53,137 bases of DNA, filler included, from Sphacelaria rigidula (GCA_964200075.2; 4 parts of 4 records of this genome joined end to end with filler, not necessarily neighbours in it); one strand, 5' to 3'. Positions 25,101-37,433 are shown, counted from the first letter of the whole stretch. Notes: generated by a model from the letters alone, not told the origin. Translations and numbers: made by a program.

Positions 25101-25929
25101 GGCTAGGCTTGAGCTGTTGCAGGGTTTCATCAAGTGGCGTGCAGCCCCGGCAATCAGTTTTTATTGTATTTAGATGAAGTCATGTACCTCACAGCAAAAT
25201 GGCGATCGCGTTCAGCCAATACCCAGGGTCAAGGGCCGTTTCAAGCTTTCGTTCGAAAATCTAGTGCAAATCTCAACAATCTCACACATATCGTATCGTA
25301 CGCTACGTTCGTCTTTTTTGAGTGTGTGCTGATAATGCTCGCGTCATCGAATTTCAACACACGGCTGTTTTTTTTGCAATGAAATGAAGTTCACGAGGAA
25401 TCAGCGCCAAAAGCACAATGGGTAGCAAAATACAATATTAAATATACAGAATAAGGCCGACATTCCAAAGAACCCCACTAGCATGAGCAGCACTCGTCTT
25501 GCCTTGTATTGGCATCTGCGTCCAGGTCCAATTTCAAGATCGAAGGAGGGACACATCGCCATGGGAACCTTGCACAGCGCCGTTGCCCGAGGATTCTCAG
25601 GTCTACCTTTGGTTCACGTTGGGGTTAAAATTAGGGCTTGACGAAATTTACTACTGAATTGAAGGAAGCGGACGTCAACTACTAAATTGTCGTGCGGAAC
25701 TCGTGAACAGTCGAAGAGTTATTTGGTCGGTAACGACGACAACATCAACACGATTTACACAACAACAACAACAACAACAACGACAACTGAAAACTCACCG
25801 TCTTTTGGAGCATAGTCGTCAGACAGGAACGTTCCGCACTCAATGTCGAAGTCGCTCCTCACCATAGGGTCGTACAAATCGATCTCGGTCTCCGCCGGCT
25901 CATCCCCCTCCGCGTCCACGATGTGAATC
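22190..25929 (-). CDS. DUF305 (ferritin-like) domain protein with C-terminal transmembrane helix; 3' four exons, 5' end missing
   Basis: Phase-consistent GT-AG exons 25929-25799, 24742-24621, 23086-22967 and 22447-22190. They encode ...FDIECGT...CPDQNFLC...FDRCMHAIDCKMNYEMR...FMQQMIPHHENAVNMARILLK...MLRDIVNTQNAQITFM...WAIGIMAALGVVCLVLCCTLIRK...stop. MIPHH and DIxxxQxxxI match the DUF305 pattern. Confidence 0.85.
23988..24385. repeat. 134-bp tandem duplication plus inverted partner (MITE-like) in an intron
   Basis: 23988-24121 and 24122-24255 differ at about one base. AATACCTCGCAATTGAGTATACTCTA at 24327-24352 is the reverse complement of a segment inside the unit. Confidence 0.85.
25760..25787. 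repeat. (AAC)n microsatellite next to a splice donor
   Basis: About 7 CAA units. Confidence 0.85.
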
Positions 25930-26524
25930 CTGCCAGAAATTCAATCAAGCGCAACGGGGAATGACAGGGTGGACAGGGAAAAATACGATGCATGCTTTGT
26001 CGCGGAGACTACTGACATGGCGTTTCGTCAAGTATGTGAAAGAAGGTTCGCCATTGTCATCCATGATACGCCTTGGCATTGTTCATGTCGTCATACTCTC
26101 ACGGGGAAGATTGAGACGCTTGGCTTCCCAACGACGTCGAACGCGAGGGAATTCCGGCAAAGGATGCTGAGATTACTGATGCACGCACGGAGGAAGCTGT
26201 AGCGAAAAGTGCATACGAGCTGGGCCAGCTAACGGTGGTTCTTGAATGAGTCCGGGCCAGGCTGTGAGTAACATTAAAAGCTGGGCGCTAAACTTTTGAC
26301 ACGTCATTTCAGTCATCAACACGCAAAAATATCTGGGGGATGCAACAAAAAGGTACGAAAAGGGTTGAGCAATTTGAAGTTTCCACGGTTAGGACGAATC
26401 ATCACGACCAAGAATCACCAAATTCACGATTTCTTCAGCCCGATTGCCCAAAAGGAAGAAAAGAAATGATCGCTGGTCCACGGGGTATCCACGCAACTTT
26501 TGCGCCACTCCACGTGTCTGGGCT

Positions 26525-26624
26525 NNNNNNNNNNNNNNNNNNNNNNNNNNNNNNNNNNNNNNNNNNNNTTAATTAATTAANNNNNNNNNNNNNNNNNNNN
26601 NNNNNNNNNNNNNNNNNNNNNNNN
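26525..26624. other. Artificial contig spacer
   Basis: 100 nt of N with a central TTAATTAATTAA. Confidence 0.97.
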
Positions 26625-27851
26625 TCTTCCGTTCTCCCCCCTCCCTCCCTCTCCCCTACTGTTCTCTTGTTTTTTTTTTGTCATATCTGGACGTTTTCGC
26701 ACTACGGCTTCTGAAGCAGCCTGCTATGAGCTTCCTTGTTCTTGCACTTGGTAAATGAAGCCAGCTAGCTCTGCTGGTGTGAACAAAGTGATAACCACAA
26801 GACAGAACGGCTCACATTCTTGATTTGGCGACCTGATTCTGAAACTCTCCAGCCCGACGGGGGAAACAAGTAACGTGATCACCCGAACTCCTGACGCTCA
26901 ACAATGAACACACCACTCAACTACGGACATGCGTGTAGCTCTAACGTTGGACCACCCACATCAATAAACGCGCTGCGTACTGGAATAATGGTGGCCGCGT
27001 TCAACTACTCTTGAAACATGCAACTTTCCCCCCACAAAACCCAAGCAATTTCTACGGTACTAATACACGGAGTAGGCAAATGAGTCCCTACGTCATGCCG
27101 TGCGGGACCGGGTGGTATTGTACGAAACGGTCAACGGTTGCTAGCTGGGGATCCAAGGGCAAGGGGGAAAGCATTCGCGTTTGTTGCGCCTGGACTATAT
27201 ATACTCCACACGGCCGTCTTAATCTGAACTGGCGACTTCGGTGGCTGCGCCAACGACCATGCCAGAACCCTGTCCTCTTTTTTTTATGCTTTTCCCGCAG
27301 AAGCGTCAAGTAAGGAAGCCGCACATACTGAGATGCAAACAGGTCGACTTACTTTTTCGGGGCGCATCTCCGAACAGCCATGATTAAAACGATTGATACG
27401 GGTTTGATCTCGTTACTGTAGCAGCTTCAATACATCAACATCAAAAGACGCAAAATGTTTGTAACGGCCGACATGGGACTCACGAGAGAATGACAACGTG
27501 GGGGTCAAAGGGTTGAACAAAATGGGGGTAGTAGACTCCACTCGCTGTAGGACTAAATAAAAACTCAGCGCTGTCAACTGGCATACTATACCACAAAACA
27601 AACTCACGTAAAAGCTTACAGCTCGGGGAGGGGGGAAAGGGCGTGGGGGGGGGGGATTCCACCATTTGATCAACGAGCGACCTCGCCGAAACTTTTTCCC
27701 AGACTCAACTTTATGCACCCTGGTTATGAACACCGTATTTCGTGAACCAGGACGTCTGATTTCACAACGAATCACTTGTATCTGTATGCGGGAAACCAAT
27801 GAATCAATCGATCACTCGACCAACTGAATATTACGGTTGAAGATATCTCAC

Positions 27852-30800
27852 CATACAATCCGCAGACGCCGAAGCGCCGCCGTCGCCGACAGCTCCAGCT
27901 GCCACCGCGGCCATCCTCGCCTGCCGCATTTTTTCATCGCCCCGATCATTTCCCCTGTTCACGGTGTGTTTTGGAGCAGCAGCAGCAGGGCTAGCACCAT
28001 CCTTGACACCAGAACCAGCCCCGCTGGCCGCGCCTGCGACAACGCCTGCAGCGTCTTGGGAGGATGGGACGGGAGCTACTGCAGGCGACGATGAAGACGG
28101 CAAAGATGCTGCAGCTGACGGCATTGGCGGGGTTGGCGTTTTCGCCACCGGAAGCGATTGGACTGCCGATAATGATGAGGACGGTGTTGCTGTCGGCGTT
28201 GCTGACGTCTTCAGCGTTTTGGTCCCCCCTTCCTCCGTTGTCATCGTCGGCGTCGCCAGCTGTGGCATCGGCGGTGGCGGCGGTCGGGCTACGTCCTTCG
28301 CAGCAACCGGCGCTGTGCCACTCGAACCAGCAACCACGTTGCCGGACGAAACTGTTGACCGAGCCTGCGTCATCATCGAATTATTGTCTGATGCCGCCAT
28401 CGTCCTAGCAGCTCCCTCTTTATCGATTGTTGCGGCGGTTGTCACATTTCCTACCGATGCTGGCGGTCCTTCCATCGTCTCCTGCCTGCTCCCAACCGAC
28501 GCCGCGACGCCGTTGGTTGCCTTCATATTTCCAGTCACGTGCGGCGTCTGCGCCGTTTTCGTTCCGGAACCACTTTCAGAAACGTTCTCCGCGCCGGCCC
28601 CTGCGCCGGTCCCGATTCTCGTTCCCGCGATTCGAGGATCGTTGGTCGCGGTTTGCTCCTGTTGCTTTGCCGCTGGGAGAGACGACGACGATGAGGAGTT
28701 GGTGTCGGGCGCGGCTGATGAAGGCGAAGGCGCATTTTTCGGGGTATGGCTAGCGGCGGTTCCCTTGGCGGCTTCTTTGCCGGTCCCTTTGGAAATCCAA
28801 CGCTCGGTGTAGCAGCGTCCGCCTGCCCGTTTCCTAGCCTGCTCGATTTTTATTCATTTAATTTGGCACGATACAAGGCGAGTTACAGGTGAAGGGCGGG
28901 AGACAGCGGTCACGCATAAACACATGGCGCAGACCGTGATATGGGCATACGGTGTCGAGTGGCGGGGCGGGATGATGGTCGCTTCCTGTGTAACAGAGTA
29001 CAGTATCTTGACTGTTGATCTGATGCAATGCCATGATCAAACCAAACTTACACCGTAGAGGGGCTCTTTCACACGGGAATGTACAAGATCAACAGCCAAG
29101 ACCGGAGCCACCAGCATCGCCAACAGCCAAGTCAACGAACGACCAGCACTCTCTACGCTTCGCTTTGAAGGCTGCTCCCACACGGCCAAACACCCACCTC
29201 TAAGTACCCAGACCTCACCTCCAAAACAACAACCTCCACTCCAAGCCGTTGCAGTTCCAGAGCCGCTGCGATACCGGCAAAGCCAGCCCCAACGACGACG
29301 ACCCGGTGCGGCCGTCCGAGTGTTTCAACATGAACCGGTCCCGTCGCCGGTCCGGCTCCACCATCGTAGTCCGCCCCCGACCCCGCCGTAATACTCGCCC
29401 GGCGTCGCTTACGTGTAGTAACATCTCCACGGAGGAGATTCTTCCGGGAAGAACCGTGGCCCTGCCCGGTACCGGGAACGCCCGGTCGCGCGGAGAAAGC
29501 CGGATGGTTTACCCAGGCAAAACGGTCTGTGGATCGCCGGCGGGCGGTGGCGACGGAGTCCAGAGAAAGACCCCGTCCGCCCGGGTCAGGTTCACCCTTT
29601 GCTTGACCAGCTACCAGCCGGTTCGGGAGTATGTTTCGGCGGATCGGGTCGAATTCCGGCATGCTTCCTCGTATTGCCTTCAGGAGCAGTAGGTCCAGAA
29701 TGCTGGGTGCTTCGTCCGCCTGGTTGAGGGGGTTTTGTTCATTTGCAGCAAGAGGAGAGAGAAAAGAGCGGCATCGATAAGTTGAGCACGCAGGGAAAGA
29801 TTTTCTGCCAACGTATTTGATTGCATGCATGAGCATAAATGTTGTTAGCAAAACAATAAAGGGGGGAAGGGGGGGGGGGGAGAAAACAGATATGGTACAC
29901 TTGATCGCGCATTCGTGGGCGCGGCTGACGGATGCTTTCAAGGGGCTTCAGTATGGAAAGCGCGTTCCTGACATCCTTGGAATTTCGTCTTCACGACCCC
30001 AATGGGAAACATGCCCGATGAATATATCCCAGGACCCGCAGTTTGCTGGTTGTCTGGTCCCCAAAAGAAGACTAACTCTCTCCAAGATTACCAAACTGTG
30101 TGTGGTCCTCGCCACATACACAAACCCCGACTGCAGAGAGAATACGGACACAGCACCCCCGGCAGCCAGTTCCTGGTGGGAGCATGATTTTGTCAGGAGC
30201 AGTTTTCGTCCGCCTCTGTTTCACGGGAATGCCGGTGCTTCTACTCTAACTGCACTGGACGGAAAACAAGACCAACCTTTGAAAGGACGACGAAAAGAAG
30301 CGAACGTGAGATAGGTAGGGAGAGGGCAGGAACACAAAAAAAAAATGGGAAAAAATGGAATCACGAAACTGAAAATAGCAATGTCGGTTGATGAGGTGAA
30401 GAAAAAAAACGAAACAGTAGGGGGGATCAAGACCTGTCCGCAAAAAAACACGACGCAGAGTGCAGCATATAAAAATAGACGACCACGAGCCACGATCATC
30501 CATTCCTACGGGACCATGTGTCTACTGCCGAGTTGCATAGTGATCCCTGAGGAAAAAAAAAGGCCTACGATGACTTTGCTCCTCGCTTGCAGCACTTCTT
30601 CTCATTTAAGGAAGTTGAGCACGCACGTCCTTCACGTTGCGGCCGACCTGTGAGTCATTCTCCAAGCTCTCACCCCCTTTTCTGTCGTCCCTGTGGCCTG
30701 CGCAGCGACCGCCGCTGCCGTAACTTCGTCCGCGTCGATCAACACCCCAAGGTACCGTTTGTTATGAATCTGCCGACCGATACCACCACGACAGAAGACA

Positions 30801-32801
30801 CCCATGATTGAGCGCGCGGGGGGAGGGGGGGGACGGTCTAGTTTTTTCACCCACACTCCCATCAGTTGACATCTGCAAACGAACATCTGCTCATCTACTT
30901 CACCGCGTCCTACCACCGCTTTGTGTTGAATTCCAGTACGTGTACTCGAAACTCTGGAGCTCTTCGTAAAAGGACTAGGTTCAGGCCTTATTGTGAACAG
31001 CCGAGTACGCGTGCATTATCGATTCCTACCGTGTGGCACGCACATCCTTCGCTTGGGCGCGTATAGCTCGTTTCACACTACCACTGCTTTTCCCTTCGCC
31101 CCTTTCAGGGTTAGGGTCAGTTGCCATTATCGTGTCACGAAGCAGGGTTCAAATGACAGCCTCGTGGAGAAAAACAAGATGCATGTGTAGGACTACCAAA
31201 GCGTTGTGCACTGAACTACTGAACCTTCCGTTGCCAATAAAAAAACGCACGTGAGCGGCGACGTAGCACCCCCCTTCGAAACCCTGTTGCACAGTCCCCG
31301 ACGCAACCGTAGTCCCACTCGAAACGGCGCCCGTGCGGCGCCTCTTTCCACCGCCAGCGTTCCATTTCCCTCCCGATTGCCACGGCCTCGCCTGAGCCGT
31401 CAACGCCCCGGTACCGCCTCCGCCCTCGTTCGATCCTTCGACCTTTGCCGCCAATGATTTCACAGCGCCGTCCATGTACGAAGCATCGGTGGGGCGGACT
31501 CCTGCAGTCGTGCTGCTTCCCCCTCCTGTACCCCAACCTTGCTCCTTGCCTCTGCCCGCACTCGGATTGCTGTTGATGCCACTAGTGCTGGTGTTGCTGC
31601 TGATGTCGCTAGTTACTGTCTTCCGAGCAACAACTCCACCTGTGTGGCCTCTACCTCTGCCTCTGCCCCTGCCCCTGCCGCGGCCCCTACCCCTCGAGCG
31701 TATGCTCCCGCCACCTGACACAGCAAGGGCGCCCGGGGGCGGTGGGAGCTGCACGCCGGCGGTGGTGATGGCGGGGGTGGTGATGGCGGGGGTGGTGATG
31801 GCGGGGGTGGTGATGGCGGGGGTGGTGATGGCGGGGGTGGTGATGGCGGGGGTGGTGATGGCGGGGGTGGTGATGGCGGGGGAGGTGATGCCCGGGGTGG
31901 CGATGGCGAGGGTGACGATGGCGGGGGTGGTGATGGCAGGAGCAGCGACGGCGGGCGTGGTGGCGGCTATCGCTCCCCCACCAACGGTAAGTACTTGCCT
32001 GTCTGTTCTGTTGGTGATATTGTTGGTATTGGTGTTGATGGCGGGGGTGTTGGTGTTGGCAGCCATGTTGGTAGTCATGCTGGTGGTAGCGCTATTAGTG
32101 TTGGTGTCAGTATTGACGAGGACGTTGTTGCTGGTGGTGGTGGTAGCAGCGGCGGCATTGTTGTCGTGGGTGGTGGTAGTGGTGGTGGAGTTGGTGTTAG
32201 TGTTGTCATCGCCAACGTTGATGTAGGTATCGCCAGCGTCCGGCGAGAGAGGAAAAATAGAGTTGCTACTGGAAGCACCGTGTCCCTGTTGACCCGGGGC
32301 GACGACGCCGGCTGCGACGGCGCCAGCTAACATCGCCCCTGTTGCTGCCCCCAATGCACCTACCACGGACGCCGCCTGTTTGTTGTTGATGCTGACGCTG
32401 TCGCTAATACCAGAGGAATTTCCATCCGTTACCCCCGCCCCTGCCGACTCTGCCGTCATCACCGTCGGTAGAGGAGCTTGTGCAACCGACGGCCCCGTGG
32501 AACGTGGTGATTCAATGCTCGTGATAGCGCCCGTGTTTCCGGGGCCTGCGACCGCCGGCGCCGCAGGCACCGGCGCTACAGCCATCATCGTCGGTGTACC
32601 ACCGGTACTGATGTTGTGTCTTGAGGATTGGTCACCCACGCCGACGGATTTCGGCGAGGCGCCTGAAGGCGAGAAAGAGGGCAGCTGTGGGCGCTGCATT
32701 GGAACCGACGGTAGTGTGGCTGACTCGCGAGTAGCGATGGCTGTGAGGGGCAGGGGGGAAGAAGGACGGGGGTAGGGGCGCGGGGGGGCGTTCAGCGGCA
32801 T
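27852..32801 (-). CDS. Flavin-containing amine oxidase, probably LSD1/KDM1-like histone demethylase; 5' portion, 3' part not found in the contig
   Basis: Phase-0 GT-AG exons 32801-31251, 30769-30674, 29719-29219 and 28838-27852. Splicing rebuilds the FAD motif VVVVGAGFAGIAAALELQRLGVEVVVLE|ARKRAGGRCYT. A weak SWIRM-like segment (PIRRNIL...FAWVNHP) lies upstream. The long disordered N-terminus has RG repeats and KRRR. An extra exon near 30.1-30.25 kb cannot be excluded. Confidence 0.72.
31761..31938 (-). repeat. 15-bp coding tandem repeat encoding (PAITT)n
   Basis: GGTGGTGATGGCGGG repeated ~7 times perfectly, plus ~5 degenerate units. Confidence 0.92.
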
Positions 32802-35025
32802 CTGACCTTTGGGTGACTGACAAAAGTAAGACCTTTCTGAGAAGGGGTTGTTGGGCGGCGTCTGTCGAAGGCGTACGTATGAAGCAAATGGTCTCGGAAA
32901 TAGGACTAAAGCCGGTGACAAAATACGCAGAGCAGAATTGAGGATTTCGTTGACTCGAGGTGTAGGTGCCGGGAACTTGCCATATTGTGTTTGGTCGTCA
33001 TCGCAATCGAGAGGACGAACAAGCGACTTTTGTGAAAGGTTAAAATGTGGTGGCCCACGAAGACGAGACTTTAAGTCACGAATGCTTGTCACCGTTCGAC
33101 AAGTTGTGCGGACAGCTTCCAGCAAAAGAGACGCGTGTCTCCAGGTTGCTCGATTTTCGAAAATGTTCGACTCTGTGCTTGAAAAGAATCGAGCTTTTGT
33201 GCAGAAGCGTATGAGAATTTTCCCAGATCTAGGTTGCGGTTGAAGTTGCTTGAAGATATTTCGAGACAGATGTACTATGACTGTGTGCGGGAGTCTGTTG
33301 AGTCTCAGCGTGTAGGAAGCAGCCGAGATACAAGGGAAAGTGCAAGCACGACTAAGGGACAGTAGTGGGGTGTGGAGTAAGCTCGAGGTGTGTAAGTTAC
33401 GGGATACGGGCGTCGCGACCATCAGCGAGTATCAACATCTCGAATTGATGCCGTAGCTCGTGCGTCCCGAGTGTTCAAGATTTTCATTTACGCGTGTCTC
33501 CAGGTTGCTCGATTTTCGAAACTGTGTAATTGGGCCTGAAATTGCGATGAGAGAAACGCATCGACAATTCCATTCATTATTGCGCATGACTTCTCAATAT
33601 TTGTTTTCGGAATAACTTTCGAGCGACGAAAAGTTGGGCATCGAAACGGGGATCTTTTTGAACCTGAATTATTTCCCTGGCCCCTGGTGTCAGCAAAAAA
33701 CACAAGGTTTTCAGAATTATCGAGTAGAAATCCAGGCGTGTCTTGATTGTTCTTCAACCACTAGCTCGCTAACTGCCCGCAGCGGACCGTATATGGTGTT
33801 TGTAGCGGAAAGCGAAACGATAAAAGCGCCGGGCTGTCTTCAAAATGACCCTACAAAATAGTGTAGTTAAGGCTTGCTGAAGGTCTATGTTCACTGCAGC
33901 TCGAGCCATTAAGAGATGCAGAAACACTCGTACGTACATTATTTCCCCTTGCTAAGCTCGCGAAATCTACAACCTCCATGTCAAGTTTGTACGTACGTGA
34001 GTGAAGGCCTGCCGAGGTTGAAAACTACGACATTGTCATCAGTCACAATATATACATCTACACTCCTCACGACAGGCCATGTGGCAAGGGATTGCGCGAT
34101 AGGGTGTTTTTTTAATCTGGACGGGTACGAGATGTCAGCCCGGCGCTCCTTTTGTCTCCTTGTCCCTCGCCTTTTCTTACACCTCCTTCTCTTCCCTTTC
34201 CTTTCTCGTTTTGTCTTCTCGTATCTTTTGTTTTGTTGTTCTCTTTTTGAATTTCCGCAGAGTACTTCATTTATGATATTTCCCGTTTCTCGAGTTTCCT
34301 GAACCGAGTGCTACCGTTTGTTCGACTTCGACCACGTCTATCCTGTGTGACCGGGGCTGGATGCGTATGCGTAGCGGATCAGTTGACGTGTTGCGATCAG
34401 CAAATCGAAAAGATTAAACACGAACGGTGCAGGGTGACCACATGAAACACTCGAATTTGAACTCGACAAAACGAAAACAAATTCGATAAGCCCCTGGACG
34501 ACACAACAGTACAGTACAGATAGTGGTCAATATAATCCGATCTTTTATGTACACTTGTGATATCAAAACGGCCGTTACTTTTGTATCGTGGATACGTCCG
34601 TTCAGCTGGCTGGATGTGCCCCCGCAAAACGTGAAACGACTGTTGAAGAGTTGAAAACACATGACAGCAACAGGCGCGAACACAGCTCGCAAGAACAGAT
34701 CTTCCAGCAGCTTGCGCCGCTAGCACAGCGTGGGCACCTTAGACAATGCGGACCCTACTCTGCCTGTGCAACGGACTCATCGCCGAGCCAGTTTGTCTCT
34801 GTGCTGTAATGTACGTCCTCTCCGCACCACAACAGTATATGTAAATGTGCTGCATTGTAGATTATGAATGCCAACAATCAAGACAGCGGCCAAAAGCCGG
34901 CACAGACAGGTCATTGCAACGGACACGACAGTACAGTGTTGCAGTACCGTGTGCAGTAGCGAACCGTCGCAGCAATAACTGATGTTTCGGCACATCAGCA
35001 GCTGCGTTCCACTGCATCAGTTCAC

Positions 35026-35272
35026 CTTGGGCCTTGTCGGTCTCAACAACCAAACCAGCGATGCTACCCACGCGTGAAGCAGCAGCAGCAGCAGGAGAAG
35101 CTGCAACAGCAGGCCAAGGCTGTGCCGCAATTTTCAAACTTGGCGGTTGGGTTGAATCCGCATCTTCGTCGCCAGTAGTTGCCAGACCATACAGCGGTGC
35201 TGCTGCTTGTTGGGCACCGTTATCATGGGCATGACTTTCACCTCCAGTCGACACCCTGTCGGTGTTTTCCAT
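35026..35272 (-). CDS. Candidate upstream exon of the amine oxidase gene
   Basis: ATG 35272 (MENTDRVSTGG...VETDKAQ) has a similar Ala-rich composition and ends at G|GTGAAC. Its phase-1 end does not join the 32801 exon without another exon or an alternative acceptor. Confidence 0.4.
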
Positions 35273-36651
35273 CTGGAACGGCGTCTCGTCGGTGTGTCGA
35301 GTGCTACTGCCGAAGAAAAAGTGTGCATTCCAAACGACAAGAAAGGGCATAGAGGATGGTGGGTAATGACTACCTCGATGCCCACAGAATACGGGGGGAA
35401 ATGTCTGTATGTGCCGGAGTATGGTGGAGTAAACGCACAGCAGTCGCGATACATGTTGCACTCTTGACTGATGCAGATCTGCATGAAGAGGTATTGAACT
35501 TCGTCAACCTGTGCTCGCTAGCGCGCGCGTGTGTGTTCTCATGAGCTCTCGGGACCGTGCTGCTTTGGAACGAGAAAAATTCAAAGCAAACCAAAAGACC
35601 CCTGCCGCTTTCAAGGAACTTTGTTGTTGAACCACGTGTCGCTGGCTACTCGTGTTGTGAGTTCGCATACACAAGGATATCAGCTTCTTGTCGTCAGCAA
35701 AACGAATAGATTTCGAGTGTTCTGAACTAGCATGGAACAAGGTGTTAGCGCTACTTCATTCTCAATTCAAGATCAACCTGCTATTTGTGTAAAAAAGGTC
35801 ATGCCGTACCTTGGTACTGGCTGTAGCTACACCACCGCAGTTTGTCTGCAGCTGACACCGTGCGTTTTTTTTCTTTTTTTGGTACTGTACCCGCACACAA
35901 ACTCACAAGCCCGAAGAGCGAAAAAAACAGAAAACAACATGCCGGGGCATTGAGTATTGTACGCTATTTATTCAGATCAAAGACAGCTAAAAAGCGCTTA
36001 TTTTATCAGCTACGAAACATCCTTCTTGCTGTTTGCATCACCCACTCAAAACACACAAATCGTCTACATCCAGACTTCTGAAGAAGGCGATGACAAGAAG
36101 ACCCTGGATCGTTGCAAAATAAAATAAATACGCAAGACACGGACAATTAAAAAAATCGACGTATGCGAAAAACTGGCTCGTACCTGGGGCTTCGAAGGGC
36201 TCCCTTCAAGGGACTGTAACTCTTTTCTGATTGCTGCAGTACGCTTGATCTCTGCAGTCTAGTCAGTACTTTTGATATACAGAGTACAGACAGCTCACGA
36301 GCAGTCACCCTTGTTGAGTGCTCGCGCCACAGGCCAACCGAAATCGAACTGCTTGTGAATGCCACGTACGTCCGACATAACGCCTTTTGAGGGCACTTCC
36401 AGTTCCGCCGCATCCGCCAATCTCAAGCTCACCATTGCACACCCGAATCCTGGTGCGGTCAATTATCCATAGGTATGAGGCAGCAACCGTGAATATTGGG
36501 GGTTTTGGCCCTAGCCAGCTGCAGCATCGCCGTTGTATCCACTTACGGTTGGTACCTTCGACACGGTGTGAAAAAAAACGGTCAGGGCTGTCACGCAGAG
36601 TCAAGATCAATCTTGAGGAACAACGACCGGAAAAATTGCGGGAGTGACAGG

Positions 36652-36810
36652 ATGATGCAGCAGCAACCGCCACCGCCGACTGCGCAAGCGCCACTCGGCC
36701 CCCTCGCTTTCTTTGTCTGGGTGCTGGTTGTACAACTTATTGGGCTGGGTGTCTTCACCAAGGGTTTCTTTTTGACAAGAGTGGAGCTGGGTCAACAATC
36801 TCAATGCAAT
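36652..36810 (+). CDS. PIGO: GPI ethanolamine phosphate transferase 3 (PIG-O/Gpi13)-like, first exon only
   Basis: MMQQQPPP...FFVWVLVVQLIGLGVFTKGFFLTRVELGQQSQCN then a GTGAGC donor. TM followed by FxxGFLLTRxEL...SxC is the characteristic PIG-O N-terminus. No further exons recognised before the contig end. Confidence 0.75.
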
Positions 36811-37265
36811 GTGAGCTGTAGATGCCAGATGCCGGTATTGACAAGGTGACGGAAAATAACACCCCCTTCTCTGCATCATGAGCCCTTTGATCGCCCGACG
36901 GCCAACAGCTCGTTTATTTTTCTTTATTTTTGGCCAGATTTTCAGACCAACTGTTTCTGGTAGAGAGGTAGCGCCTACATGTAAACAATAATGTGGCCAC
37001 GCATGTGACGCGCGCCACAGTACGATGGTTATTCGTGTATGATAAGCCGGAGCCAATGGCATCGCGCTCACAGTTCGAGGTGCTAAGGACGTGTCTACGC
37101 ACATTATTTTTCGATAAAAAATGTGCGGTGGTAGAGGAAAATTCCGACCTAATAGGTTTTAATTTCAACTATCATAATTTATGTTGACGACAATTGAAAT
37201 CACGACCTAACCGGAATTATTGTTGCTTTCTAGATCGAAAAGTCATGTGCTGAGACACAGCCTAA

Positions 37266-37433
37266 GGCCCTGCCTTATCGAGACCAAAAAAAAAGGCGTA
37301 GAACGGCACAAGCGTCCAAAAGCAGCATGTTGATTAGTCGCCTCAACCATAGACCTGCCCGGCGACCAATTAACATGCTTTTGGACACTTGTTCGTTTTC
37401 CCGCTTGTTTTTTGTCTCGATAAAGTCAGGGCC
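37266..37433. mobile_element. Fold-back PIF/Harbinger (Tourist)-like MITE
   Basis: TIRs GGCCCTGCCTTATCGAGAC and GTCTCGATAAAGTCAGGGCC, a TAA left flank and inner inverted arms. Another TIR-like GGCCGTGTCTTATCGAGACC starts at 37437. Confidence 0.7.

Noticed and set aside
27340..27545. Next exons of the amine oxidase (AG...GT-bounded segments at ~27543-27484 and ~27415-27353)
   Set aside because: No frame gives the expected DLGA/xHG motif convincingly, so they cannot be supported without transcripts.
27964..28812. Plus-strand ORFs antisense to real exons (also 31474-32226 and 43733-44626)
   Set aside because: Shadow ORFs caused by GC-rich or repetitive coding sequence on the other strand.
22190..32801. 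Single fused amine oxidase-DUF305 gene (both on the minus strand)
   Set aside because: They are separated by an artificial spacer between size-sorted contigs.
32802..33422. N-terminal ~207 aa of the 757-aa ORF as real protein
   Set aside because: The composition differs from the exon, it contains repeat DNA, and it ends in pyrimidine-rich acceptor-like CAG sites. Probably an intron that is open by chance.
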